A stretch of 64,000 nt of DNA from Octopus bimaculoides (lineage: Eukaryota): assembly GCF_001194135.2 (NCBI RefSeq), contig NC_068985.1, positions 123,380,878-123,444,877 on the forward strand, written 5' to 3'. Of this stretch, positions 39,845 to 52,235 are shown one piece after another (the stretch's first letter is position 1; the number at the start of each line of letters is the position of its first letter). The notes beneath the pieces are model-generated. The model saw only the letters and a program-made list of their open reading frames with translations, did not search any database and was not told the origin of the DNA. Both the position numbers and the translations under genes were made by a program.

Positions 39845-40725
39845 CAGTGAGCTGGCAGAATTGTCAACACAGCCCTGCTCAATCTGTGGAAAAGGCATAG
39901 GCAGAAACTCGATAAAACCTAGCTGGTGTAAAATATGGACACATAAGAGGTGCAGCAATATCAGAGGAAGGTTAAGAGGGAAAATAGTTTTTGTGTGTGA
40001 AAGATGCACAGGTACAATTAGCATTAAAAATATAAAGAAAATCACATGCCAGGGGGAGAAAAATAGCTTTCATTGCCTAGGTAATTACCTAGGTTGATAG
40101 CGTCCATTATCTAGGTAACCAAGTCAGTAGTGGGGGTGGATGCTCCGAGAGCATAGTTACTAAATAAGAATAGGCTGGGCAAAGTTCAGAGAGCTCCTTC
40201 CTCTGCTGGTAACAAAGGGTATCTCTCTCAGAGTGAAAAGCAGACTGTATAATACCTGTGTGTGAACAGGCATGCTACATGGCAGATAAACATGGGCTGT
40301 GACAGCCAAAGACATGCATAGACTTGTAAGAAATAAAGCTAGTATGCTTTGCTGGATGTATAATATCAGTACGCATGCACATCAGAGTGTAAACATCCTG
40401 AGAGAAAAGTTGGGCATAAGAGGCATCATTTGTAGTGCACGAGAGACATCTGCGTTGGTATGATCATTACCATCATCATCATCGTTTAACGTCTGCTTTC
40501 CATGCTAGCATGGGTTGGACGATTTGACTGAGGACTGGTGAAACCGGATGGCAACACCAGGCTCCAATCTAAATTTGGCAGAGTTTCTATAGCTGGATGC
40601 CCTTCCTAACGCCAACCACTCAGAGAGTGTAGTAGGTGCTTTTACGTGTCACCTGCACGAATGCGTATGAATAAGCACAGCTGTGTGAAAATGTGCCACA
40701 CTCTAAAAGTAGAGGGAACCTGTGG
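39845..40725 (+). mobile_element. Older RTE LINE C-terminal fragment, interrupted by a younger RTE 3' end
   Basis: CSICGKGIGRNSI..C..WTHKRCS zinc-finger-like segment; RIGWAKFRELLPLL; LRWY; VEGTCGRG. Confidence 0.85.
40471..40658 (-). mobile_element. Young RTE 3' end (tail ...gttaaacgatgatgatg)
   Basis: Homologous to 59640-59790; 179/181 identical to 56500-56680. Confidence 0.85.
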
Positions 40726-40862
40726 AAGAGGTAGCAGCATTTCATCCATCCTTACATTCTAAATTCAAATTCTGCCAAGCTCAACTTTGCTTTTCATTCT
40801 TTCAGGGTCAATTAAATAAATACCAGTTGAATACTGGGGTTGCATTGCAAAGACCTGTTGAG

Positions 40863-41280
40863 GCAAGTGAAATCGAAATCAAATTCGATGACTGGCATCC
40901 GTGCTAGTGGAGCGCTAAGAGCACCATCCGATCGTGATCATTGTCAGAGCAGCCGACTGGCTTCTGTGCCGGTGGCACATAAAAAGCACCATTTGAACAT
41001 GATCGTTACCAGCATTGCCTTACTGGCAAGTGAAAAAATATTTGAGTGAGGTCGTTGCCAGTGCCACTGGACTGGCTCCTGTGCAGGTGGCATGTAAAAA
41101 ACACCATTTGAGCATGGCTTTTGCCAGTACCCGCCTGACTGGCCCTCGTGCCGGTGGCACATAAAACCACCCACTACGCTCTTGGAGTAGTTGGCATTAG
41201 GAAGGGCATCCGGTTCACCAGTCCTCAGTCAAATCGTCCAACCCATGCCAGCATGGAAAGCGGACGTTAAACGATGATGA
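40863..41280 (+). mobile_element. RTE 3' UTR copy inserted in a family-A SINE
   Basis: ggtggcacataaaaagcacc repeats and catggaaagcggacgttaaacgatgatga end; SINE halves at ~40735-40862 and ~41281-41335. Confidence 0.8.
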
Positions 41281-43616
41281 TTTACCCAGTGCATCTAAAT
41301 TGTTGGCCTTGTACCAAAATTTGAACTCAATATTGCTTAGAGTGATTGCATACTTACCACTGAATTTGGTAGAGTCAAAGATTCATTATTTGATCATTAC
41401 AGGTGTACCCTGCAGGTTCTTAAGCACTTACAAAATTCCACTCCCACACACACCGAAAGGATTCTTCCCCCCTGATCTACAGGACCACTTGACCTGCTAG
41501 AAATAGTAATATCTCAAATTATAACCCACAGCCATAAAAAGAAACGGAAGGACATATTGTACCTGGAACTTAAAAGACAATCTAAATCACCTAATGCTAT
41601 ATTTATTTCCTTATTCTTTCTTTCACTTGTACATACTATACACAAATATGTCATCCATGAGAGAGAGAGGTGGGAGGCTAAACTAGAAGGTGGCAAAGAG
41701 AGAAAGAGAGCTAGAAATAGAATTACTAAGATAGAGAATGCCAGGTAAATAGAATAGAATACCTTAATGATTCCGCTTTTAAACCACCTATTTTATGTCC
41801 TTTCATCCTTTCCATACATCTCCATCCATATATAATTTTCTCATTCACTCACATTCCCTCTAAATTACCATTCCTGAGATTTTCCTAATTCAAAATCCGT
41901 CTTCATTGCTCCCACACCCTACACACACATTTATTGTTTCACACTCCTCCCACCCGCAACACTTTTCTTACTTGGTCAATGACTCCTTTTTCATTTTCCC
42001 CTTTGTGTACTATTTCTCCTCTTTCTCGTTTTCCCTCTCATTGATTTCAGAATGCATTTCCCTCCTTCTTTCAATCTACCTATTTAATGTCTATCTGTCA
42101 GAGGTGACAAGAATTGCAAGAGTGCAAGTGTATATACATTTGTGTGTGTGTGTGTGTGTGTGCACGTGCGTGCCTGTGTTTGTATGTATGCATGTGCTTG
42201 TCATAGAAAAGCATCGAGAAGAATTCTGAATTATATCAACTGTAAGGTTTCATTTTACATTAACTGAAACCTTTAAAATTATTTAAACACACACACACAC
42301 ACAAACGAGAGTGCATAAACTTGAACGCAGATGCAACTTTCTCTGTGAAGACACACACAATACACGTCTGTATTATACATATGTATAAACACACACACAC
42401 ACAGGGGCAAGAATAATTAGTGAGAATATTCCAGATATAAACATCAGGGCTGTAATTATTTATCCTCACAAATATGGCTATAAATGAGAATCTAATCATT
42501 AAAACAGTAACTCATTTGAGCATCAGACTGCATGTAGGTTTCGTCCTTACTTTCAGGATCAATTGTTATATTAACAATTTATCCATATTTGTTATGTTAT
42601 CAATCTATATTGAGGCTGTGAACAAGTAAAAATAACATGAACTACATTTCTTGCATTTAAAAGAACAAAATAAAATGAACTTAGTACCAGGTCAGTAAAA
42701 AAATATTGGAAAAGTGAGGGAAACACTCAAGAATAAGAGTGGAAGAAATAATGGTGAGAAAAAAAAAAGACAAAGAAAGACTCAGTAAGAAGAAAATAAA
42801 TAATATACAATTGAGACCCATTCAGACAGATTATAGTTTGTTTAGCCCTAGGTTATAACTGATAGAATAGAGATGATCCAAGGTATGCCAGTTAGTATTA
42901 TTAATTTTCCTTCTTAAGGCTGTGAGCTGGTAGAATCGTTAGCATGCCGGCTGAAATGCTTAGCAGCATTTTGTCTGTCTTTACGTTCTGAGTTCAAATT
43001 CCGCCAAGGTTGACTTTGCCTTTCATCCTTTCGGGATCAATAAATTAAGTACTAGTTGCATACTTGGATGGATTAATGTAATCGGCTGGCCCCCTCCCCA
43101 GAAATTTCGGGCCTTCTGCCTAGAATAGAAAAGAAACCGTTAGTATGCTGGACTAAATGCTTAATAGCATTTCATCTGTCATTATATTCTGTGTTCAAAC
43201 TCTACCAAGGTCAAATTTGCCTTTCATCCTTTTGGGGTTTATAAAACAGTACCAGTTGAGCATTGTGATTGATGCTGAAACCAATATTCCTTCCTTCCTA
43301 TTCTAAAAGTGTAGGCTCTGATTTGCAATTTGGCTGCTATATACCCAGGGAGAAGAGTTGAGCAACTACTTGAGAAGAAGAGAGAAGAAACTATGTGAAA
43401 AAAAGAGGTGAGGAAATACAAAACTGTGAAGTGTTGTAAATAGCTTTTCATTTGGGTAATTTAAAATTATTGCATGTAAATTTATTCCAAAACTATGTTT
43501 GCTCAAACATATAAAAATAGATATTTGAATATTTTATAATGAACAATTATATACATACACACATGCATGTTACATACATAAGTGTGTGTGCATATATACC
43601 TACAATAGAAACTGTA

Positions 43617-43730
43617 CAGGGTGTCCACAAAGTCTGGGTACAAGGAGAAAATAAAATCGTAACAGACAATAGAATATAACAAATAATTACTTTTTTTAAT
43701 CCCATGTACCCAGACTTTGTGGACACCCTG
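43617..43730. mobile_element. 114-bp Tc1/mariner MITE
   Basis: Perfect 26-bp TIR cagggtgtccacaaagtctgggtaca; TA on both sides. Confidence 0.93.
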
Positions 43731-43989
43731 TAGAATGTCTCCCAAATTACTTAATAGTGTTTGGTTACATGTCTTTACATTCCAAGTTCAAATCCAGAGT
43801 GTAGACTTTGCTTTTCACCTTCCAAAGGAAATAGGTACGTCTACAAATACAGGGGTTAATATACAGAGCATGCCAATTATTTTTGAACAAACTTTAATGA
43901 GCCATAACTAGCAGATGCCTTAATGTAATCTATTCAGTTCTTTTTCAGTAACAACTTGACAGCTTCAAGTCTGACAAAGAAAATGAAAA

Positions 43990-44198
43990 AGTAAGTCCAT
44001 CTTGGTTCCACTGGTCATATTTCAATGAAATAGCATCAGAAACATTTGAACCATCTTGTTTTTCACATACCTTAAATATTTCAATTTTAGCTTCTCCAGA
44101 CTCGTTATTGTTACCCTAACCCTAACCCTAACCCTCACCCACTTCAGATGATTCTGAAAGTTCTATAGACATCTTGTCATTACACTGGTTGTTATGGT
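43990..44198 (-). pseudogene. Duplicated fragment of the DDX20 last exon with (TTAGGG)3 insertion
   Basis: 44034-44198 matches 46961-47107 at 145/147 nt plus an 18-bp insert that puts three TAG stops in the DDX20 frame; 43990-44001 matches 46953-46964. Confidence 0.9.
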
Positions 44199-44237
44199 GC
44201 TCATATATTAGCTGTAGGCTCATATATACATACTGTG

Positions 44238-44273
<36 letters not shown>

Positions 44274-45338
44274 NNNNNNNNNNNNNNNNNNNNNNNNNNN
44301 NNNNNNNNNNNNNNNNNNNNNNNNNNNNNNNNNNNNNNNNNNNNNNNNNNNNNNNNNNNNNNNNNNNNNNNNNNNNNNNNNNNNNNNNNNNNNNNNNNNN
44401 NNNNNNNNNNNNNNNNNNNNNNNNNNNNNNNNNNNNNNNNNNNNNNNNNNNNNNNNNNNNNNNNNNNNNNNNNNNNNNNNNNNNNNNNNNNNNNNNNNNN
44501 NNNNNNNNNNNNNNNNNNNNNNNNNNNNNNNNNNNNNNNNNNNNNNNATATTAGTTTTAGGGTAAAGAACCAAGGTTCATGAACTCATAGTGTGAAACTT
44601 AATTTAATTTTAATTTTTAATAAATTGAATTTAATTGAGTTTTTACCTGTAAATTTGGATTTTTATCCCTAATAATATTATTATTATTATATATATGACG
44701 ATGATGATGATGATGATATACATATATACTGTGCTCATATATAAGTTGTAGGTTCATATATACTGTGCTCATATATGTAGTTGCTAACCATAATGACTCA
44801 AATCCCCAGGTTTTCGTAAGTGACAAGGACTTTCATTTAGGGTTGGGAAAGAGCTAGAGGCCTCTAGTGAAGAAATATTCTCTATGATGAAGAGAAAAAA
44901 TATTCTCAGCAAGTCAGACATCACCAGGACAATCAAGTTCAACCAGCAGATCCTGGACAACATCAACAATAGCCTCAGTGGATCAATGAAGACTAGTAAC
45001 AAGCAGCTCAAAGTAGCAGAATTTACTACCAGATATAAAGATAGGTAAAAGTCCTACATCGTCAATAAAGCCAACAACCCACAACGTCAAAATTTCAATG
45101 GGGGCTGTTATGGTAGGTTTGATGAGTTGTGAGGAACTCTTCACCATGGCATGAAATCACTTCCATGTCCACAGAGTAAATTTGCTTTGTGTCTTACTTT
45201 TGTACATGGTTACACAATGCATTCTGTATAATTCATGTATTGATTTATATAAAATTTAGAAATTTAATAAACAGACAGAACCAAATATTATTAAACATTT
45301 TGCAAGTAATCAAGACAGAGATGAGAGGAAAAAAATGT

Positions 45339-47494
45339 TTATTTATTCTGCAAAACAGAATTCCTAACCATCCACTGAATGTAGTTGTATTGTTGAAAAT
45401 ATGAATGAGCAAATTGTTGCTGAGTTAATGAAGCAGGTGGAGTTATGAGAGAAGAGTGAAATGGATTTGGAACAGGTAACACAGGTCGTCTTTGTGAAAC
45501 GGACTGACAAGCTTGAGGAACCCAATTGGCCCATGTATACTGATAGGGATATGAGGGATAAAATAAAGGATAACCAGTCAGGGATTGCCATGGAAAACTG
45601 GGGTTGTGACCAGCAGAAGTTTTGTGATGTGGCTCATTTATATTGGAGGATATGGAAGAAAGAGAATCAGAAAAACTATATTCTGCTGGAGAAAAATACT
45701 CAGAGAAGTCTTCTTCTTCTGAATAGGAACTTGAAATATCTGAAGTTGTTGAAGAATCACTGTCCTCACTTAAAGAGAAGTCCTCCTTTAATCGATCAGG
45801 TTGTACATGGACCGAACCAAATTTCAAGTTGTTGCTCTTATTCTTTACAGGAACAGACTTCTGTGGCACATCAATGGACTGAGACCTCAAAGAGCCTGCA
45901 TTGCTTGCTGTCTTTTGATTCTCAGTTTTGAGTTTAGATACGGAATCATTTGGACTAAGTTCACGACTGACTTGATCTCTTTTTAAAGAAACTTGGAATT
46001 TGGCAGAAGTATTGGTTTTCTCAAAGTCTAAATTATAACGTCGTCTTTCACCCTTATTAACCAATGTGTTTGCATCATCAGTAATGCAAACATCTTTGGA
46101 AAGGTTCTCTTCAGCACACTGCACATTTGTCACAGCATTCAGAGGCAACACCACAGCAGATGCTTCTTCACCATCTGATGACAACATTTTTGGCTCTGAG
46201 ATATCATCCTTGTTGTTGACATTGTTCTGATTTTGCAGCTTACTGGAAGAGGTAGCTTGGTTATCACAAATTTCATTCAGCAGTTTGGCTGAAGATTGTC
46301 TGTAAAACTTGTTCAGTATGCCACCTACATTTGGGACTGATTCCAAGCATAAAGGGGCAGTTGTAGGCATAAGAGATTCTATATTTTCACACTTAGGCTC
46401 ATTGTCATTAATTTGGAAAGACTTGAAATTTTTACAAAGTTCAGAATATTCACCAACTTTCTTTGATTTCTTGTACTGAGGAATCGTTCCCCAAGGCCAA
46501 AGGCCATCGACTTGATTGTTCAAAAAGGAGCTTGAGGATTTTTGTGACATAGATGTTTGGTGGTGGTTATTGTCTGATACAAAATCAGCATCTACTGATA
46601 AAACATGGGGAGTACCATTGGTAGCTCTAATACAAGAAACATCTGAAATATGTCCTTCTACAAGAAGTTCATCAGTATTTTCTGTTGATGTTACATAAGT
46701 ATCATGTTTCTCTATGGGACTCCCGACAGCAGTAATTGCTGCAGTAGCAACATGACTGTGTTCTTGTTGGAACTCATTGCTTTCTGTTGGAATGACAGCA
46801 GTTAGATTTCTTTGTGAATGGCACTCATGATGATCTCCTGTATATTTAACAATATCATAGTGTGTCTGTTCATGAAATAGAACATCATTTGCTGATGCAA
46901 TTTTAGGCTCAGGTTTTTGTTCATAACACTCAGTATCATTCAATGTATCTAGAGTAAGTCCATCAGAAACATTCGAACTATCTTGTTTTTCACATACCTT
47001 AAATATTTCAATTTTAGCTTCTCCAGACTCGTTATTGTTACCCTCACCCACTTCAGATGATTCTGAAAGTTCTATAGACATCTTGTCATTACACTGGTTG
47101 TTATGGTTAATAGATCTTCCATGAGTTTCCTCTGTTATTAAGTCTTTATTGGCAGTTTTCTCTGCTTCAAATAAAACTCTACCCGTGGATGCTTCCAAAT
47201 GAACATACCCGGAATTTTGGTCAGAAAAGTAATGTAATTCTTGATCAGAATTTGATTTGATTTCTATTTCTGGAGATGGAAACACTGGATGATTATTAAG
47301 TTTATCGGAATGATTGGAATACTTCACAGGATTGCTTTCTGAGAAATCTTTTACAGATGTTAAAGAAGATTCTGTGTCCAGATTGTTACAATTTCTGTCT
47401 TGTTTGGTTGGAATGGTTTCTGAGAGAACAAGATCATCCAGAGAAACATTTGGAGAAGAGGTCTTTTCCGATATAAGTTCATGTGGTATAGGAT
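45339..47494 (-). CDS. DDX20: DDX20 terminal coding exon (long low-complexity C-terminal tail)
   Basis: 2156 bp open from acceptor ttttag; G|AT completes Asp of LP-DPIP as in DDX20 orthologues; ends in a Y/Q/W-rich motif (HSYFQQYNYIQWMVRN) resembling the Gemin3 C-terminus; stop TAA. Confidence 0.88.
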
Positions 47495-49804
47495 CTAAAA
47501 TAATAATATAATAAAACACAAAGAATAAATCATAGCATAAATATATACATAAGTACAGAAATACATATGCTGTTTTACTCCAACACCCATTTTTTTCACA
47601 CAGACAATCTCAGTTTGACAGACCTCACAATCCTGCATTACCGTATCAACAAGTTCCAGAATAGGGCCCGATGTGGCATTGGTTGAATCAAACACCACAG
47701 ATCTACTATTAAGCATAGTTCTCTGAGGCATTTGAGACATGGCGTCATTAATTATGAAGTCAAACATAAGTGATAAAAGTGCCTGCATCACCATATCAAA
47801 TGTAGGTGATAGGCTCTTCTGCCTTGGTTAGAAACCATCTAGAAATGTTATCTCAATAAAAACAGGAGCTGGTTGGAGGTAAATCTTACATCACACATGA
47901 ATAGTCAAACAAATGAATGTGCTCAGTGAGTGTAACAGTATACAGCTACCTTTCTATGTGTGTCTGCCTATCTTATTACATACATGCATTGCTATATCAG
48001 AAAGTATTCATTAGTGTCTACATATTTGTGAACGTGAGAGTGTTTGAATATTGAACAAACGGGAGGGGGGGGGAAGACAAACAAAAACAAAGATACATAT
48101 AGTGAGACAGATAAAGAAATGGGACAAAAAGGAGAGACAGACAGACTGACAGCATACACACGCATGTGCATGTGTGCATACATGTACTTCTGACAGTTTG
48201 TGTATGTGAAGCCCATGTGCAAATTTTTTGTCTCAAGAAGGCAGATACACATCCAGAGAGACACATATACTCTCTACATCATATATCAGGCTCCAAAACC
48301 ATAAAAAAATAATAGATATTTTCATGGCTGTAGGTGAAGCTGGGAACAACACAGCTGACGTTTCAATACCTGACTACAATACTCAATTTTGTCCAACTAC
48401 TTTTTGGGACCAAATCCCTTGCGATTATACTTTGTTTTACAAATCATATTTTGAGGGTTAAAACTTGCAGAAGACAGTACATTTGGAGTAACCATACACT
48501 TCCTTTATGAATTTGTAAATAATTGCTAATGGAAGAAATTGATATAGGAATGATTCGGTAATCTAATTTTTTCTAGTTAGTCATCCATTACTTCAAACTA
48601 GCAAGTACAATAAAGGTTATACTTTGCTGATGTGATCAGAATAAGGCAGAAAGATGTACAAACTTATCGCTCATATTTTCAAAAAAAAATTTTTTAAAAA
48701 AACAAAAATACTTGTCACTGACTATCATTTTTCCATCATTACATAATTATTTTTTTCCTTTACAGCATGGTAATAATTATATATTTTGATTCTTGTTTCA
48801 TTAAGTTTGTTAACATTAATTTGCCTCCTGTTCTTTATTTTCATGCTAATAGTGTCTGGATTATCTAATCTCCAAATACACTCTTAACCTTAACCAGTTG
48901 TTGTTTAACCCTGAGTAAGCCCTGATTAAGCAAACTTATGATCAAAAGTTTTTATCCTAACTAATGTACTTGTTTTTTTATTATTTCTTTTATCAAACAG
49001 TAAAGTGTTGTTTGAGGTAGATTTTGAGGCTACTTCTAGCAGGTGGAGCAACCACATAGTGTTTCTCTCACTGGTGTATATTTTTAGACCTTTTGCAACT
49101 TTGTAATATGGCAAAGATGAAACGCAAATATAATTTTGAATCACAAAACAACAGCTTGTGAACTTGGTGCTGACGTGACAATTTTTTTTTTAAGAGGGAA
49201 GGACAGCGTTTAAGTTTTTAAGACAAATGGGAAGAGAAGGCATATTCCTCAAACCTCGCCTAAGTCAAGTCTAGTACTCAAACAGTATTATTTTAAAACA
49301 AATTAAGAGCCTAGAGGGAAAAAAGCAGCCAAATTTCTTCCAGATAAAACCCTACAATCTTAAAAAAGGAATGACATATCAGTCCATGTCATCCAGGATA
49401 TAGGAAAAGGTCATTGATGAAATAAATTTGATCATGGATTTGCTTGATCAGGGCTGAATAGAAGCTAGAGTAACAATTCTTCACAGGTAAATTAGGTGAA
49501 GGGTTAGTTAACCCTTGTACTAACATATTTTTGTGAAATATAACTGCATTTGTTGCAACTAATTTCAATAATAATGAAAACTTTAATAAAATAACTGTTA
49601 TTATTAAGCTGGTATTTGGAACATAAATTAACACAAAATTTTGATGGAAGATTTTCATTCAGATCGCTTTAAAACGAGAAATTTGTATCATAGAACCAGA
49701 AGATAATTCAGACAGGTTAGAATAAAAATAAATAACCATTAGTTATACCAGTTTGTGAATTATCTCCCCTAATGTCATTGTCAAAATAATTGGAATAATT
49801 TTAA

Positions 49805-50024
49805 CTTATCAGCATTTAGATTTCTCTGTAAAATGTAATGCTTATTTATTAACATTGATACATATTGGTCATGCATTACCTTGTAGATCTGAGGTTTCAA
49901 TGACATGATTGTTTACTTTTAGAATAATATTGTAAGGTAGCCGTAAGGGGCTGGATTTGGCCAGTTTGAAGATAAAATAGGTAGAATAGTTTGGCCAGAT
50001 ATAGCCGGATTAAATATTAAAGGG
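49805..50024. mobile_element. piggyBac-type MITE, decayed
   Basis: TTAA at 49801-49804 and 50025-50028; right end aaatattaaaggg, left end degenerate cttatcagcattta. Confidence 0.55.
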
Positions 50025-50649
50025 TTAAAGTTTGGGGGTGCTGAATTTGAATATGGCACTGGTTTGCTAGACTGGCTACAGCTAAGATAGTCGAAGACCC
50101 CATATTTGAGAATCCACCATGCTTAATCTCTTAAGCCTCTGTTATCTTTATGATATACAATAGTTGCAGAATTGATTTTTTAACATCAGGTTGGCTAATT
50201 TATTTCATATTAAATGTTGCAATAAAAAATACTTTTATTTTTATTACAAAGAATTAGAGCATATCAACATAAAATATGAAAAAAAATGTACCACACTGTA
50301 ACACTAAAAAAATAAACACAAAATATTTGATGGTAACTTAACCAATAATAGTGCACAAGACAATACAGTAGCATTGGCTAATTAAGTAACTTTTATCTTT
50401 TTCTTTTAATTTGTTTCAGTCATTGGATCCACTCGCAAGGCTTTGGTTGGCCTGAAGTTGTAGAATAAACAACACTTGTCCAAGGTGCCACACAGTAAGA
50501 CTGAACCTGAAATCATTTGGTTGGAAAGCAAGCTTCTTACCACAGAGCCATGCTTGTGCCTCTTACCATACAGCTACACCTCTTTTACGTGGTTTAACAA
50601 GGACATTCATGCTGCAGCTTCCAGCAATAGTCTGCTATCAAGTGGCTGT

Positions 50650-51290
50650 TCAAGATGTCTTGATACTTTCCCTCCTTATTTCCTCTTGTTTCCTCACTGA
50701 AATCTTCTGAAAACCTATCCAAGTGGCTATGGAGGGAGTGTACTTTTATTTTCAAATTAGCATCCATATTTTAAAAATCTTTCAGCATTCTTTCCACCAA
50801 TTCTTCATATTTTTGTGCTTTCATGCTCCCCAAGAAATGTTCAATGACTGAGAACTTCACCAAGCAGAAACCTTCACATCATTCATATATTACAAAAAAC
50901 TAGAATCTGTGAATTTACAAATATGACGATCAGTATGAAGTTCTCTTGCAACGATCTTCAAATATACTTGAAGTAATCACCATCTCTGTCCAAAGCTTTA
51001 ACAAACTGCTTTGTGAGTCTAATACAGAGGTGAGAGAAAATGTTTTCTCTTTGAACTAATGGTTTGTTAATGATGGTCATTGTTCCGACAGCCATTGTCT
51101 CCCTTAAACGCCATGTCACTTTTTCTCCCCAATGATCTTGCCTTGTTTGACTGCCCTATAAGCACATGAAACGCTTTGGTGTCCAACCAATAAATTCACC
51201 ATCTTCAAGTCAAAGCAAATAGAGCGCAAATACGAATGATGGTAGAGCTTCTGCAAAACAATTTTCAGGTTTTCACATTCTTCTTTAAGC
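50650..51290 (-). mobile_element. DDE DNA-transposon relic (possibly Sola-type; superfamily uncertain)
   Basis: KQFVKALDRDGDYFKYI and FLGSMKAQKYEELVERML...KVHSLHSHLDRF remnants. Confidence 0.65.
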
Positions 51291-52133
51291 AGGATCGTTG
51301 CCGGTGCCCCTGGACTGGCTCATGTGCGGGCAACACATGAAATCCTTCGAGCGAGATCGTTGCCAGTGCCCCTGGATCAGCTCGGACTATTATTAAAGGT
51401 GTTCTAGCTGGGATAATCCATCTTTTCTAAGTTCCCTCACTGGTTCGAAGAATATCAGTTTTCTAAAATATCAATCACAACAGCAAAAACTATAAGGCAC
51501 CAACACAGTAAAAGCATTACAGTTATTCTGATTACAGTAATATGGATTTAATTTATTTATGACAGTATGGTTAAAAAGCTCGCTTTGCAATTATGTGGTT
51601 TCGGGTTCAATCTCACTATGCAACACCTTGAACAAGTGTCTTCTACAAGTTCTATGCCTTATGAGTGCATTTAGATGGAAACTGTATATATGTATGCATG
51701 TCTGTGTTTGTCCCCAAACCCAACAACCATTCTACAACTAATGATGGTTTATTTATGTTCCTGTAACTTCATGGATCAGCAAAAGAGACTAGTAGAATAA
51801 GTACAAGACTATAAAAAAAGGGCAAAGAAGGAAGTACTGGTCTTGATTTATAATACTAAACCCTTCGAAGTGGTGTCCCAGCATGGCCACAGTCCAATGA
51901 GTGAAACAAGTAAAAGATAAAAGATACTTCATCCCAATCAGTAATGGTCTTATCCTTATGATTCAGTTTCATAAAAATTATACATTAGCCTAGTCTTGTT
52001 CCATTTTTGCAGTCTCTTGTATTTTCAGAACAGAGTTAAATTCTTATGGAAAGGAGACAAGAAAAAATTAGGCAGGTAAGAGGAAGAATTCAATGAAGGA
52101 AGTTAAAAATCGTAAAAATGAAGATTTTCTAAC

Positions 52134-52235
52134 CTGGAAGTGGTTTCAGAGATGTATTACAAACACCCTCAACCTTTTTCAGACATTTCATGCCAACATC
52201 TCCAGCAACCAAAGTTATTGCAGCACCAAAGCTCC
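52134..52235 (-). CDS. DDX20: DDX20 exon (end of helicase core)
   Basis: GSFGAAITLVAGDVGMKCLKKVEGVCNTSLKPLP(D); acceptor atttcag, donor gttaga; 102 bp, phase 1-1. Confidence 0.88.

Noticed and set aside
44557-44847. Additional TTAGGG units near the duplicate
   Set aside because: Single hexamers on the opposite strand; expected by chance.
47495-47794. 99-aa ORF as an alternative DDX20 exon
   Set aside because: No DDX20 similarity; the spliced model is complete and in phase without it.
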